A stretch of 64,000 bases of DNA from Candidatus Uhrbacteria bacterium CG_4_9_14_3_um_filter_41_35. Lineage in GTDB: Bacteria > Patescibacteriota > Patescibacteriia > UBA9934. The stretch is from assembly GCA_002791275.1 (NCBI GenBank), contig PFWT01000009.1, forward strand, positions 72,797-136,796. Reading direction: 5' to 3'. Made by a program: the position numbers and the translations under genes. The notes under the pieces are model-generated. The model did not search any database, was not told the origin of the DNA, and saw only the letters and a program-made list of their open reading frames with translations. Positions within the stretch are counted from its first letter, which is position 1, and each line of letters starts with the position of its first letter. Shown piece by piece: positions 56,691 to 64,000 of the stretch.

Positions 56691-58304
56691 CTAGCCAATC
56701 TCGGTAACTATTTCCTCTTCAACCTTAACCTTTTTTATTAACTTACGTCTGAGTGCACTAATAAACACTGTCATTTCCTGACTCTTTAGAAGTAGTGCCG
56801 TTAAGGCGTAAACAAATAGTCCCACTGTTCCAGCCACAAAACCTTGAGTAAATATCCCCAAAACAGTGTCGATATTCAAATAGATGTCAAGAAGTTGTTT
56901 TAAAGCCTGAGTTACAAACGCAGCTACGAGTCCAGCTGATAAAAGTGTAATAATAGTTTTGAAAATTCTTCCCTCATCTAGCGAGCCCAGACGTTTTCTT
57001 AGCGGAATCCACAAAATTATCATTTGCACTATGGCCGATATTGAATAGGCCATTCCTAAACCTAAAACTCCAAATTCTTTTGTTAGGATTAGTGCCGAGA
57101 TAATATTAACTAGTCCGGTTGCGAGACCAACTATAAACGGGGTTATTGTGTTATCCATTGCAAAGTAACCACGTACCAATACAAAGACGATTGACTGCGC
57201 AAAGAGACTGACTGCGAAGAAGCCTAAAGTATTCGCAGTTAAAAATGTTGCTTCCCAGTCAAAGACTCCGGAACCAAGAACAACTCGAACAATCTGAGCT
57301 CGAAGCAGAATAAACATTACAGTTGCTGGAATAATAAAAAGAAGAATCTGTCTAATTGTCTGAGAGAACGATTTTATAAATTCCTCGGTTTTGTTTTTGT
57401 TTAGTAATTCACAAAAAGTTGGAAATGCAGCGATTGCGTAAGAAATGGCAATAACGCCGACCGGGAAAAAGTTTAGGTTGTACGCAAACTGTAAAACTGT
57501 CACTGAACCCGCAGTGAGTGTTGTGGCAATAACAGTCATTGCCACAAAATTTATCTGATTCACAGCCAGACCCATAACCCGCGGAGCCATATGTTTTAGC
57601 ATATACTGCGTGTCCTTATCTTTCCAAATAAGTATTGGCTGGTAGCGGTAACCTAGTGAAAAAATTCCGGCTGACTGCAATAGCAAATGCAAGATCGCGC
57701 CAAAACCTACGCCCCAGGCAAGGCCGATCTGACCTAAAATTGGGACGAAAAATATAGCTCCGGCGATAATTCCAAAGTTATAGAAAATTGGCGCTAAAGA
57801 ATACAGAACAAATCTCTTAGCCCCCTGTAAAGCTGAACCAAAAACCATTGAAATCGAGAGGAAAAACTGTGCTGTAAACATTATCCGAGCCATTTCAACC
57901 ACCGCCCTTTGCTTATCTGCATCAAAACCAACTGCCACAAAAGGCACCAACTGATTCATAAAAATAATTGCAAGCAAAATTGCTACACCAAAAGCAATTG
58001 CAATTAAATTTAACAATTTATTTGTTAAAAGCCAGGCTTTTTCTCTGGCATTTTCCGAATAGTTGCGTGTAAACAGCGGAATAAAGCTTGCTGATAAAGC
58101 TCCAACTACGATTAGCTGAAACAAAAAATCCGGTACTCTAAAAGCCGTAAAATAGATATCGAGCGTGTCGCCCGCCCCAAACTGACCGGCTAAAATGCGG
58201 TCGCGAATAAACCCGACAACGCGGGAAAGAATAGAAAACGAGGCGACAATGACTGCCGCACTCGTTATCGTGCTTGACTGACCATTTATAAATTTCTTGA
58301 ACAT
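56691..58304 (-). CDS. murJ: lipid II flippase MurJ
   Basis: 537 aa with 14 predicted TM helices. The N-terminal SRVVGFIRDRILAGQFGAGDTLDIYFTAFRVP matches the MurJ/MviN signature. Confidence 0.85.
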   Translation of the reverse strand: MFKKFINGQSSTITSAAVIVASFSILSRVVGFIRDRILAGQFGAGDTLDIYFTAFRVPDFLFQLIVVGALSASFIPLFTRNYSENAREKAWLLTNKLLNLIAIAFGVAILLAIIFMNQLVPFVAVGFDADKQRAVVEMARIMFTAQFFLSISMVFGSALQGAKRFVLYSLAPIFYNFGIIAGAIFFVPILGQIGLAWGVGFGAILHLLLQSAGIFSLGYRYQPILIWKDKDTQYMLKHMAPRVMGLAVNQINFVAMTVIATTLTAGSVTVLQFAYNLNFFPVGVIAISYAIAAFPTFCELLNKNKTEEFIKSFSQTIRQILLFIIPATVMFILLRAQIVRVVLGSGVFDWEATFLTANTLGFFAVSLFAQSIVFVLVRGYFAMDNTITPFIVGLATGLVNIISALILTKEFGVLGLGMAYSISAIVQMIILWIPLRKRLGSLDEGRIFKTIITLLSAGLVAAFVTQALKQLLDIYLNIDTVLGIFTQGFVAGTVGLFVYALTALLLKSQEMTVFISALRRKLIKKVKVEEEIVTEIG

Positions 58305-58307
58305 GTA

Positions 58308-60305
58308 CTACTTATTCTTCGGTTTCTGAGTTTTTGCCCTTTTAGAGGTAGGTTTTTTTGTTGGTTTTTTGCTTTCTGTCTTCTTCACAATTTTCTTTTT
58401 CGCTGGTTTTTTTGAAGTTTTCTTGGTTACTGCAGACGCAGATGCTATCTTTTGAAGACCATCTGAATCTGGCAAATCTTTTTGCTCAGTTTGAGCAAGC
58501 TCGTCTTCTCCCAAATCCCCTTCTTCGAGAAGTCCTTTGTCCTCTAGACTGTCTGCTGTGTCGTCTAAAGCCTCGTCATCAGAGTCCATCTCTAAATCAT
58601 CATCTAAACTGTCGAGACCCTCGATACCTTCTTCTTCATCATCAGTCTCTTCCTCAGTATCTGCTTCTGATTCTAAAGGATCTGCATCTTCTGACTCTTC
58701 TTCAACACTTTCGCTTTTATTATCCTCGATATCTAAATCAGATTCTGATGACTCGTCGTCGATAATTTCTTCATCGTCTTCGGCTATTTCTTCCTCCGTT
58801 TCTTCATTTTCGTCGACGACCATACTGTCTTCGTCTTCCTCAATCACATCTTCATCTTCGACAGTATCCTCGGTATTTTCGTCCTCGATATCGCTATCAA
58901 TCTCATCTTCTTCATCGTCCTCCTCTTCTACATTTTCGCTTCTTTCTATAATTTTTGCGTTCTTTGCAGTTTTTCCACTTCCACCTTTCTTTAGCGCGAG
59001 CGCTATGAATGCGAACATTAATAGTCCTAGCCCGCCAATTATAACCTTCACATATGGATTTGCTAGGTGGAAAAACGAGATCTGAATTTCCTCGGAGTCC
59101 ACTTTTACATTTCCAGCCTGATCAGTTACTGAGAGTTTTACTAAGTATTTTCCTGGTTTCAAAAATTTATGCTCAACCTGCGACTGTTGTGAAATTGAAC
59201 TATCGCCAAAGTCCCATTCAACCTGAATATTGTCGTTTGGATTTAATGACCTAAAACTGTAGGTTTTCCAGTCTATTGGCGAATAAACAAAAGAAGCATT
59301 TGTTGAGACAAGAATTAAATCGTTTGATGCAATTTCATTTGCTTTTTGTATATTTGAGTCAAGCGGTACCGCATCTTTAGAATCAGTAGCGCCATCACCG
59401 TCTGTGTCACTATTATTTGGATCTGTACCCAATACCGCTTCCTGACTGGCGTTTAAACCGTCACTATCAACATCAGCGCTTAAATCTGAGGCTGGATCTG
59501 GCGTAGGTTCGCTGGCTGGAATATCGTTTTTCGCGAGTGAATCATCGACTGGAGCTTCGCTAACTGTTGTAGTTAAGACCGGGTCAAAAACTGGGTCTGC
59601 CTGGACTACGGCACTCACTACTGGTTCATTACCCGTTATATTTGGATCAAGCGGAGCTGGATCTTTTGCATCGCCAACTCCATCACCGTCTGTATCTGCG
59701 TTAAAAGGTGAGGTGCCGAGTTCAGCTTCAACTGCGTCTGTAAGCCCATCATTGTCGTCGTCATCATCACAAACATCACCCATGCCATCATTATCAAAAT
59801 CAAGCTGGTCGGTATTTGCCGTGTTTACACAATTATCTCGATCGTTTGGAACAGTATCGTAATCATCGTCAACAACAATACTGAACAGTGTTGTAATCGC
59901 TACATCATTTGCTGGATTAGTGTCAGCCGGATCTGTTCCTTTAATTTCGGCGCGAATATTAAAATTGCCGTATGGCACCACAAAGTCCGCCCACACATCT
60001 TCGTTTGCACCACCACTAGCAGCTGAAACTATTTGACTTGGCCCAATAGGCTCACTGCCTTTATAAAAGAAAACATAGCCGGAAATATCGATATCGCCTT
60101 CATTCTTAATTGTTGCATAGATACGGATAGTGTCTCCCGCAACCAAAGTGGGTTCTGAAAAACGAATACCACTTGCATAGATACCCATGTCTGGCGCAGC
60201 GAGCGCAGCAAACGGCATTATGAGTAAAAATGAAGCTGTAATTATTATTCGTTTAAACATATGATTGCAGTATAGAGGAAAAGTAGAATTGTTCGAAGTG
60301 GACAA
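58308..60305 (-). CDS. bitopic surface protein with TSP3-like Ca-binding repeats, PKD domain, one TM helix, and poly-acidic/poly-Lys tail
   Basis: 665 aa. A signal peptide (alternative ATG at 60260) is followed by an ectodomain with D-x-D-x-D-G-x-x-D repeats (DNDGMGDVCDDDDDNDGLTD, DTDGDGVGDAKD, DTDGDGATDSKD) and a PKD-like segment (WDFGDSS...YLVKLSVTDQAGN). One TM helix follows, then about 170 aa with over 50% Asp/Glu, then about 45 aa of Lys-rich sequence. Confidence 0.7.
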   Translation of the reverse strand: MSTSNNSTFPLYCNHMFKRIIITASFLLIMPFAALAAPDMGIYASGIRFSEPTLVAGDTIRIYATIKNEGDIDISGYVFFYKGSEPIGPSQIVSAASGGANEDVWADFVVPYGNFNIRAEIKGTDPADTNPANDVAITTLFSIVVDDDYDTVPNDRDNCVNTANTDQLDFDNDGMGDVCDDDDDNDGLTDAVEAELGTSPFNADTDGDGVGDAKDPAPLDPNITGNEPVVSAVVQADPVFDPVLTTTVSEAPVDDSLAKNDIPASEPTPDPASDLSADVDSDGLNASQEAVLGTDPNNSDTDGDGATDSKDAVPLDSNIQKANEIASNDLILVSTNASFVYSPIDWKTYSFRSLNPNDNIQVEWDFGDSSISQQSQVEHKFLKPGKYLVKLSVTDQAGNVKVDSEEIQISFFHLANPYVKVIIGGLGLLMFAFIALALKKGGSGKTAKNAKIIERSENVEEEDDEEDEIDSDIEDENTEDTVEDEDVIEEDEDSMVVDENEETEEEIAEDDEEIIDDESSESDLDIEDNKSESVEEESEDADPLESEADTEEETDDEEEGIEGLDSLDDDLEMDSDDEALDDTADSLEDKGLLEEGDLGEDELAQTEQKDLPDSDGLQKIASASAVTKKTSKKPAKKKIVKKTESKKPTKKPTSKRAKTQKPKNK

Positions 60306-60878
60306 CTATTGTCTTAAAGTTGCGTGGGTTGGCCGTGTAATCCAAAGCTCCCTTGCGTAATCTTGGTGAATTTCTAGACGAAGTCTAAAAGTTGGGTGCA
60401 CCCTTACCACCACATTTGCAAGTACTAAATTCTTATACCCGGAAATTTCAACAGAAACCGTCTCGCCGTTTTGTAAATGTAAATCTCGAGCGTCGGTATC
60501 TGAACAGGTTAAATGCGGTTTTGGAATAATAAGACCTGCCGATAGCTCAACCTCCCCAACCGGACCGACTAAACGACAAGGCGCCGCCTCCATTAGGGTT
60601 CCTGTTTTTACCTCTGGTAAATTTAAGCCCAAAAATATTGCTTCTGTTGGCGTAATTTCAACATGACTTCTAGCCCAGTTTGGTCCCAGAACTCTAAGCT
60701 CTAGCGATCTTTTTAATTTTCCGTAAACCTGTACGGTGTCGTCATAAATAAACTGTCCTTGCTGGGTATGCTCTGCGCCAATCGTCATAGCGTGACCAAC
60801 GCCAAACAATTTTTTCTGATCATCTTCAGATAAATAAACGTGAGACGGAATAATATCAACTGGGATTGGCCTGGACAT
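60306..60878 (-). CDS. pduL: PduL-type phosphate acyltransferase (phosphotransacetylase analogue)
   Basis: 190 aa with two PduL repeats: RPIPVDIIPSHVYLSEDDQKKLFG and GLIIPKPHLTCSDTDARDLHLQNGETVSVEI, co-linear with Salmonella PduL. Confidence 0.8.
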   Translation of the reverse strand: MSRPIPVDIIPSHVYLSEDDQKKLFGVGHAMTIGAEHTQQGQFIYDDTVQVYGKLKRSLELRVLGPNWARSHVEITPTEAIFLGLNLPEVKTGTLMEAAPCRLVGPVGEVELSAGLIIPKPHLTCSDTDARDLHLQNGETVSVEISGYKNLVLANVVVRVHPTFRLRLEIHQDYARELWITRPTHATLRQ

Positions 60879-60881
60879 AAG

Positions 60882-61796
60882 TTATTTTTGACGGCGATCA
60901 ATGCCGATAGTTAAAAACCAAAATACAATAATTGAAAACGTGATGATTACTGAAACAATAAGTACATCATCCGCAAACGGTAGTCGTTCCACATTCATTC
61001 CGTAGTAACCCGTAATAAGTGTTGGTGGCATTAAAACAACTGAAATAACCGTAAGAAGTCTAATTATCTCGTTCATTCTATGTGAAAGCAGTGATTCGTT
61101 CACCTCAAATAAACCATCAACAATATTTTTTAGATTATCACTTACCACACTGGTGTTATCAAGCGAGTCTTTAACGTCGTCGAAATAAATATTAAGTTCA
61201 TTACCAATAAATGATTTTTTATTATGTTTGAACTGATCAACCAGCAACCGCTCTGGATCGATAATGTGTCTCAAAAATAAGATATTTCTGCGAAGAACCC
61301 CGAGCCGTTTTGTGGTTACTTTGGTGTTTAAATCATAAACCTGATTTTCAACCCTTTCCGTTTCCCTTACAAGTTCCCGTAAAATAACATTTGAGTCTCT
61401 AAAAATATAATCCAGCAGTTTATACAAAAAGTAACCAGTTGATTTTCCAAGGGCATCACGTTTTAAACCGGGGCTTCGTTTTACCCGAGCAAAGAAACGC
61501 TCCACTGTTTCAATTGGTTTACGTGAGGTAGTGATAACATAGTTTTTCCCTATGAATATCGCCAGATTTCGCTTAACTAACCTGTTACTCACAGTATCAA
61601 AAACTGGAATGTTTATAATAGAAAAAAGATAATATTTATAAACGTCGAGCTTAGAAAGTTCGGAGTCATCGCGGATGTCGTCAAAATCGAGCGGATGAAA
61701 TTTGAATTCTTTACGTAAAAAATCAAAGTCAGCATCTTTCAATTCCGAAAAATGCAACCAAACCATGCTTCCGCTTTTTATTTGTTCGTGTGACAT
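60882..61796 (-). CDS. corA: CorA-family Mg2+/Co2+ transporter
   Basis: 304 aa with a cytoplasmic N domain and two C-terminal TM helices. The YYGMNV (GMN) signature is present. Confidence 0.85.
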   Translation of the reverse strand: MSHEQIKSGSMVWLHFSELKDADFDFLRKEFKFHPLDFDDIRDDSELSKLDVYKYYLFSIINIPVFDTVSNRLVKRNLAIFIGKNYVITTSRKPIETVERFFARVKRSPGLKRDALGKSTGYFLYKLLDYIFRDSNVILRELVRETERVENQVYDLNTKVTTKRLGVLRRNILFLRHIIDPERLLVDQFKHNKKSFIGNELNIYFDDVKDSLDNTSVVSDNLKNIVDGLFEVNESLLSHRMNEIIRLLTVISVVLMPPTLITGYYGMNVERLPFADDVLIVSVIITFSIIVFWFLTIGIDRRQK

Positions 61797-61824
61797 GTCC
61801 CCCTAGTTAAATTTGTAAAATCTA

Positions 61825-62523
61825 TTACTCACTTTTTAAAATTTTTTCTTCTTTTTTTACATAAGACGCCACTGTTTTTCTATATCTACCAAAGCCAAGC
61901 ATAGCAAAAATAAATAAGGCTATCGTAATAATACCAAATAAGTTAATTAGGAAAAGCTGAATTGCATCCATCATCAAACTCCAGTCAGTCGAACCAAGAC
62001 CAATCCCGATGCTCACAAGTGGCGGTAACAGTGCCTCAGAAATTGCAACACCAGTAACCGCCTCTTTAATATGTTCGTACGAAAGAGCAAAGGCAGCCGC
62101 GGCACCAGCTGCAATAGCTACCGGAAACATGAAGGTAAAGTTGGTTGCTTCTAGAATTATTTTTGAGGAACCTAACGGTACGTAAAAAAATGTAATTAAA
62201 ACTGCTGTTGTAACCGCAATCATCACCGAAACAAAAATTGAAATCAGCGAAAGTTTTAGCATTTTAAAATCCATTACTAACGCCCCCATACTCACACCCA
62301 AAATTGGCCAAAGAAGAGGAGAAACCAACATAGCACCAATAACAACAGATGGGCTACCGTTCAATAAACCAAGTGTTGCAATAACGCTCGAAAAAAAAAC
62401 CAAGGCCATGAGGGTTTGTCGTGGCGAGCTTTCACGCACCACTTTATTTATAACCTCCGAATGATTTACATCTTGCGGATTGAATAGTTTATTCTTCTCC
62501 ATATTATTTCTTCCTGTAATCAA
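61825..62523 (-). CDS. DUF389-like hydrophobic-domain membrane protein
   Basis: 232 aa with 6 predicted TM helices. GAMLVSPLLWPILGVSMG resembles the DUF389 core as recalled from memory. Confidence 0.45.
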   Translation of the reverse strand: MITGRNNMEKNKLFNPQDVNHSEVINKVVRESSPRQTLMALVFFSSVIATLGLLNGSPSVVIGAMLVSPLLWPILGVSMGALVMDFKMLKLSLISIFVSVMIAVTTAVLITFFYVPLGSSKIILEATNFTFMFPVAIAAGAAAAFALSYEHIKEAVTGVAISEALLPPLVSIGIGLGSTDWSLMMDAIQLFLINLFGIITIALFIFAMLGFGRYRKTVASYVKKEEKILKSE

Positions 62524-63226
62524 ATGAATAGTTGAAGGCGTTATGCCGAATTGGACCTAGAAGCAGAATGTGCAGTTCAGCTAGAGTAAATTTTATGGCA
62601 ATGCTCAACATTCCATCTTTTTCTAAACGTCGATTTGAAACTGTTATTTCCACATTTGATAAAAAACCAAATTTTCCTATTTTATTAGCCCGAATAGCGT
62701 AATCATGGTCTTCGCAAAACAAAACCCCTTCGTCGAATCCATGGATTGCTTTATGCAAGCTCCGGCGGACTAAGATAAAAAATCCAGGTGCGTGCGGGTG
62801 TATATCTCCCCACATTCTAACATACTTATTATAAAACTTATGCCCAAAACGGTCGAGCTTTGAGCCAGACATTGGTACAACGTCCGCTGTTGCGATATCA
62901 AAACCCTTTTCCTGAAACTCTGCGAGCGCTTTTTTTAGAAAATTTTCATCGGTTAATTCCACATCTGCATCGAGAAACAGAATTAAATCCGTGGTTACCT
63001 TCCCTGCTCCGCGATTTCGACCAGGCCCTGGCATACCACCATCCACAACTACAGCTCCAAGCCCTGAAGCTATCTCTCTGGTTTTGTCTGTGGAGTGGGC
63101 ATCAGCCACAATAATTTGTTCTGGCAACACCGTTTGCTTATTAATCGAACGCAAAAGTCGAGGCAAATTTTCCTCTTCATTTTTTGCTGGAATTACAATT
63201 GCAAGAGTAGCCATAGGTGTCTCCAT
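62504..63226 (-). CDS. glycosyltransferase family 2 (Dpm1/GtrB-like)
   Basis: 240 aa with LAIVIPAKNEEENL...VADAHSTDKT...FLDADV, the GT-A DxD arrangement. Confidence 0.75.
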   Translation of the reverse strand: METPMATLAIVIPAKNEEENLPRLLRSINKQTVLPEQIIVADAHSTDKTREIASGLGAVVVDGGMPGPGRNRGAGKVTTDLILFLDADVELTDENFLKKALAEFQEKGFDIATADVVPMSGSKLDRFGHKFYNKYVRMWGDIHPHAPGFFILVRRSLHKAIHGFDEGVLFCEDHDYAIRANKIGKFGFLSNVEITVSNRRLEKDGMLSIAIKFTLAELHILLLGPIRHNAFNYSFDYRKK

Positions 63227-63270
63227 TATATCAGTTTTCAGTTAAATAAAAAATTACAGACCTTAAAAAG

Positions 63271-63741
63271 TTAGTCTGTAATTTTTGTAAGTTCGTACAT
63301 TGCGATTCCGGAAGCTACCGAAACGTTCAGCGAGCGTTTTTTTCCCATCTCAATTTCAAACAGTCCGTCAAGTAAAGCAACCGTATTCTGATCAATTCCC
63401 TCTACTTCGTTCCCGAGCACCACAGCCAATTTATTTGATTTTGCAAGTTCCGAGCTTTGCGCGGTACCAAGTTTAATCGAGCCTTCGCCCTGTTCAAGAC
63501 CAAACACTTTGTAACCAGCCTCCTTCACTTTTTGAATAACCGTATTAATATCCCCACCTTCCCATGCGATTAAATCCTCTGCACCAAGCGCAACCTTTGA
63601 AATTTCCTTGCGCGGAGGCCTCGCAGTAATACCTGTTAAATATAATTTTTCAACATTAAAAGCTCCTGCGTTTCGAAAAATCGAACCTACGTTGTGCATA
63701 CTTCTAATATTGTGAGCAATAACTATCATAGCAAAGAGCAT
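63271..63741 (-). CDS. SpoU/TrmH-family tRNA/rRNA 2'-O-methyltransferase (short, TrmL-like size)
   Basis: The internal ATG at 63741 (MLFAMIVIAHNIRSMHNVGSIFRNAGAF...) gives about 156 aa. It carries SpoU motifs 1-3 (NVGSIFRN, VVLGNEVEGI, VASGIAMYE). The track start at 63828 would leave no room for the divergent promoter. Confidence 0.75.
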   Translation of the reverse strand: MLFAMIVIAHNIRSMHNVGSIFRNAGAFNVEKLYLTGITARPPRKEISKVALGAEDLIAWEGGDINTVIQKVKEAGYKVFGLEQGEGSIKLGTAQSSELAKSNKLAVVLGNEVEGIDQNTVALLDGLFEIEMGKKRSLNVSVASGIAMYELTKITD

Positions 63742-63803
63742 AAACTTATTCCGAAGTTGAGTCAATAAATATACACAACAAAATACCAAAATATCGGAGT
63801 TTT

Positions 63804-63832
63804 CTTGACTAAAGTAAAGCAAAACCATATTA
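63804..63832 (+). promoter_or_regulatory. sigma70-like promoter (TTGACT-17-TATTAT) 9 nt upstream of the ATG at 63842
   Basis: The -35 is at 63804-63809 and the -10 at 63827-63832. There is no SD and the leader is short. Confidence 0.45.
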
Positions 63833-63841
63833 TCTTTGCAT

Positions 63842-64000
63842 TATGCATCTATGTCCAAATAAAGAAGTGTGCGGATCTTGTAGCTGGTCACACATTCCCT
63901 ACGAAAAACAGCTCGAACAAAAACTTTCCGATATTAACGGTTCTTTTAAACTAAAGAGTTTAAAATTGAAGGTGAAAGAAATCATACCATCACCAGTAAC
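63842..64000 (+). CDS. RlmD/RumA (TrmA-family) RNA methyltransferase, N-terminal fragment (continues past window end)
   Basis: MHLCPNKEVCGSCSWSHIPYEKQLEQK matches the Fe-S Cys cluster and Y-x2-QL-x-K opening of RumA-type 23S rRNA m5U methyltransferases. The frame is open to the window edge. Confidence 0.55.

Noticed and set aside
58358-60211. Plus-strand ORFs 58358..58765, 58537..59085 (poly-Ser), 59054..59254, minus 60029..60211, and 62860..63114 and 62991..63245
   Set aside because: The poly-Ser and Leu-rich translations are the antisense image of the GAA/GAT-rich acidic tail. The others are nested in the TSP3/PKD protein and the GT2 gene.

Overview
This 64 kb window is a densely packed (~90% coding), low-GC (~40%) stretch of a small bacterial chromosome that appears to use the standard genetic code. 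About 85 CDSs are supported. The core is housekeeping: a complete F-type ATP synthase operon (atpZ-like, atpBEFHAGDC), the cell-shape operon mreBCD-mrdA, and the ribosomal cluster infA-rpmJ-rpsM-rpsK-rpsD-rpoA-rplQ-rplM-rpsI. It also encodes six aminoacyl-tRNA synthetases (MetRS, LysRS, SerRS, GluRS, AlaRS), priA-like-def-fmt, clpB, greA, alr, murJ, pepA, tatD and rsmI. The redox pair glutaredoxin/peroxiredoxin, a PduL-type phosphotransacylase, corA and a Wzx/Wzy-type polysaccharide cluster with GT2/GT4 glycosyltransferases are also present. Many essential proteins are minimised: AlaRS lacks the C-Ala domain, RpoA lacks the alpha-CTD, ATPase delta is short and the PriA homolog has degenerate helicase motifs. 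Together with the PduL and other features, this suggests a reduced-genome lineage such as CPR/Patescibacteria, possibly Saccharibacteria-like; that is inference only. No rRNA, tRNA, CRISPR array, transposase or integrase was found. Accessory or odd spots are listed in the findings. The main ones are a ~580 bp high-GC (~60%+) island carrying a single lipoprotein gene beside a GIY-YIG nuclease gene, and a ~930 bp gene-free AT-rich gap with repeated hairpin motifs. Others are a cluster of four hypothetical genes between the atp and mre operons, a bitopic protein with a TSP3/PKD ectodomain and poly-acidic tail, a Na+-type signature in the ATPase c subunit, and recurrent sigma70-like promoters lying 6-13 nt from start codons.
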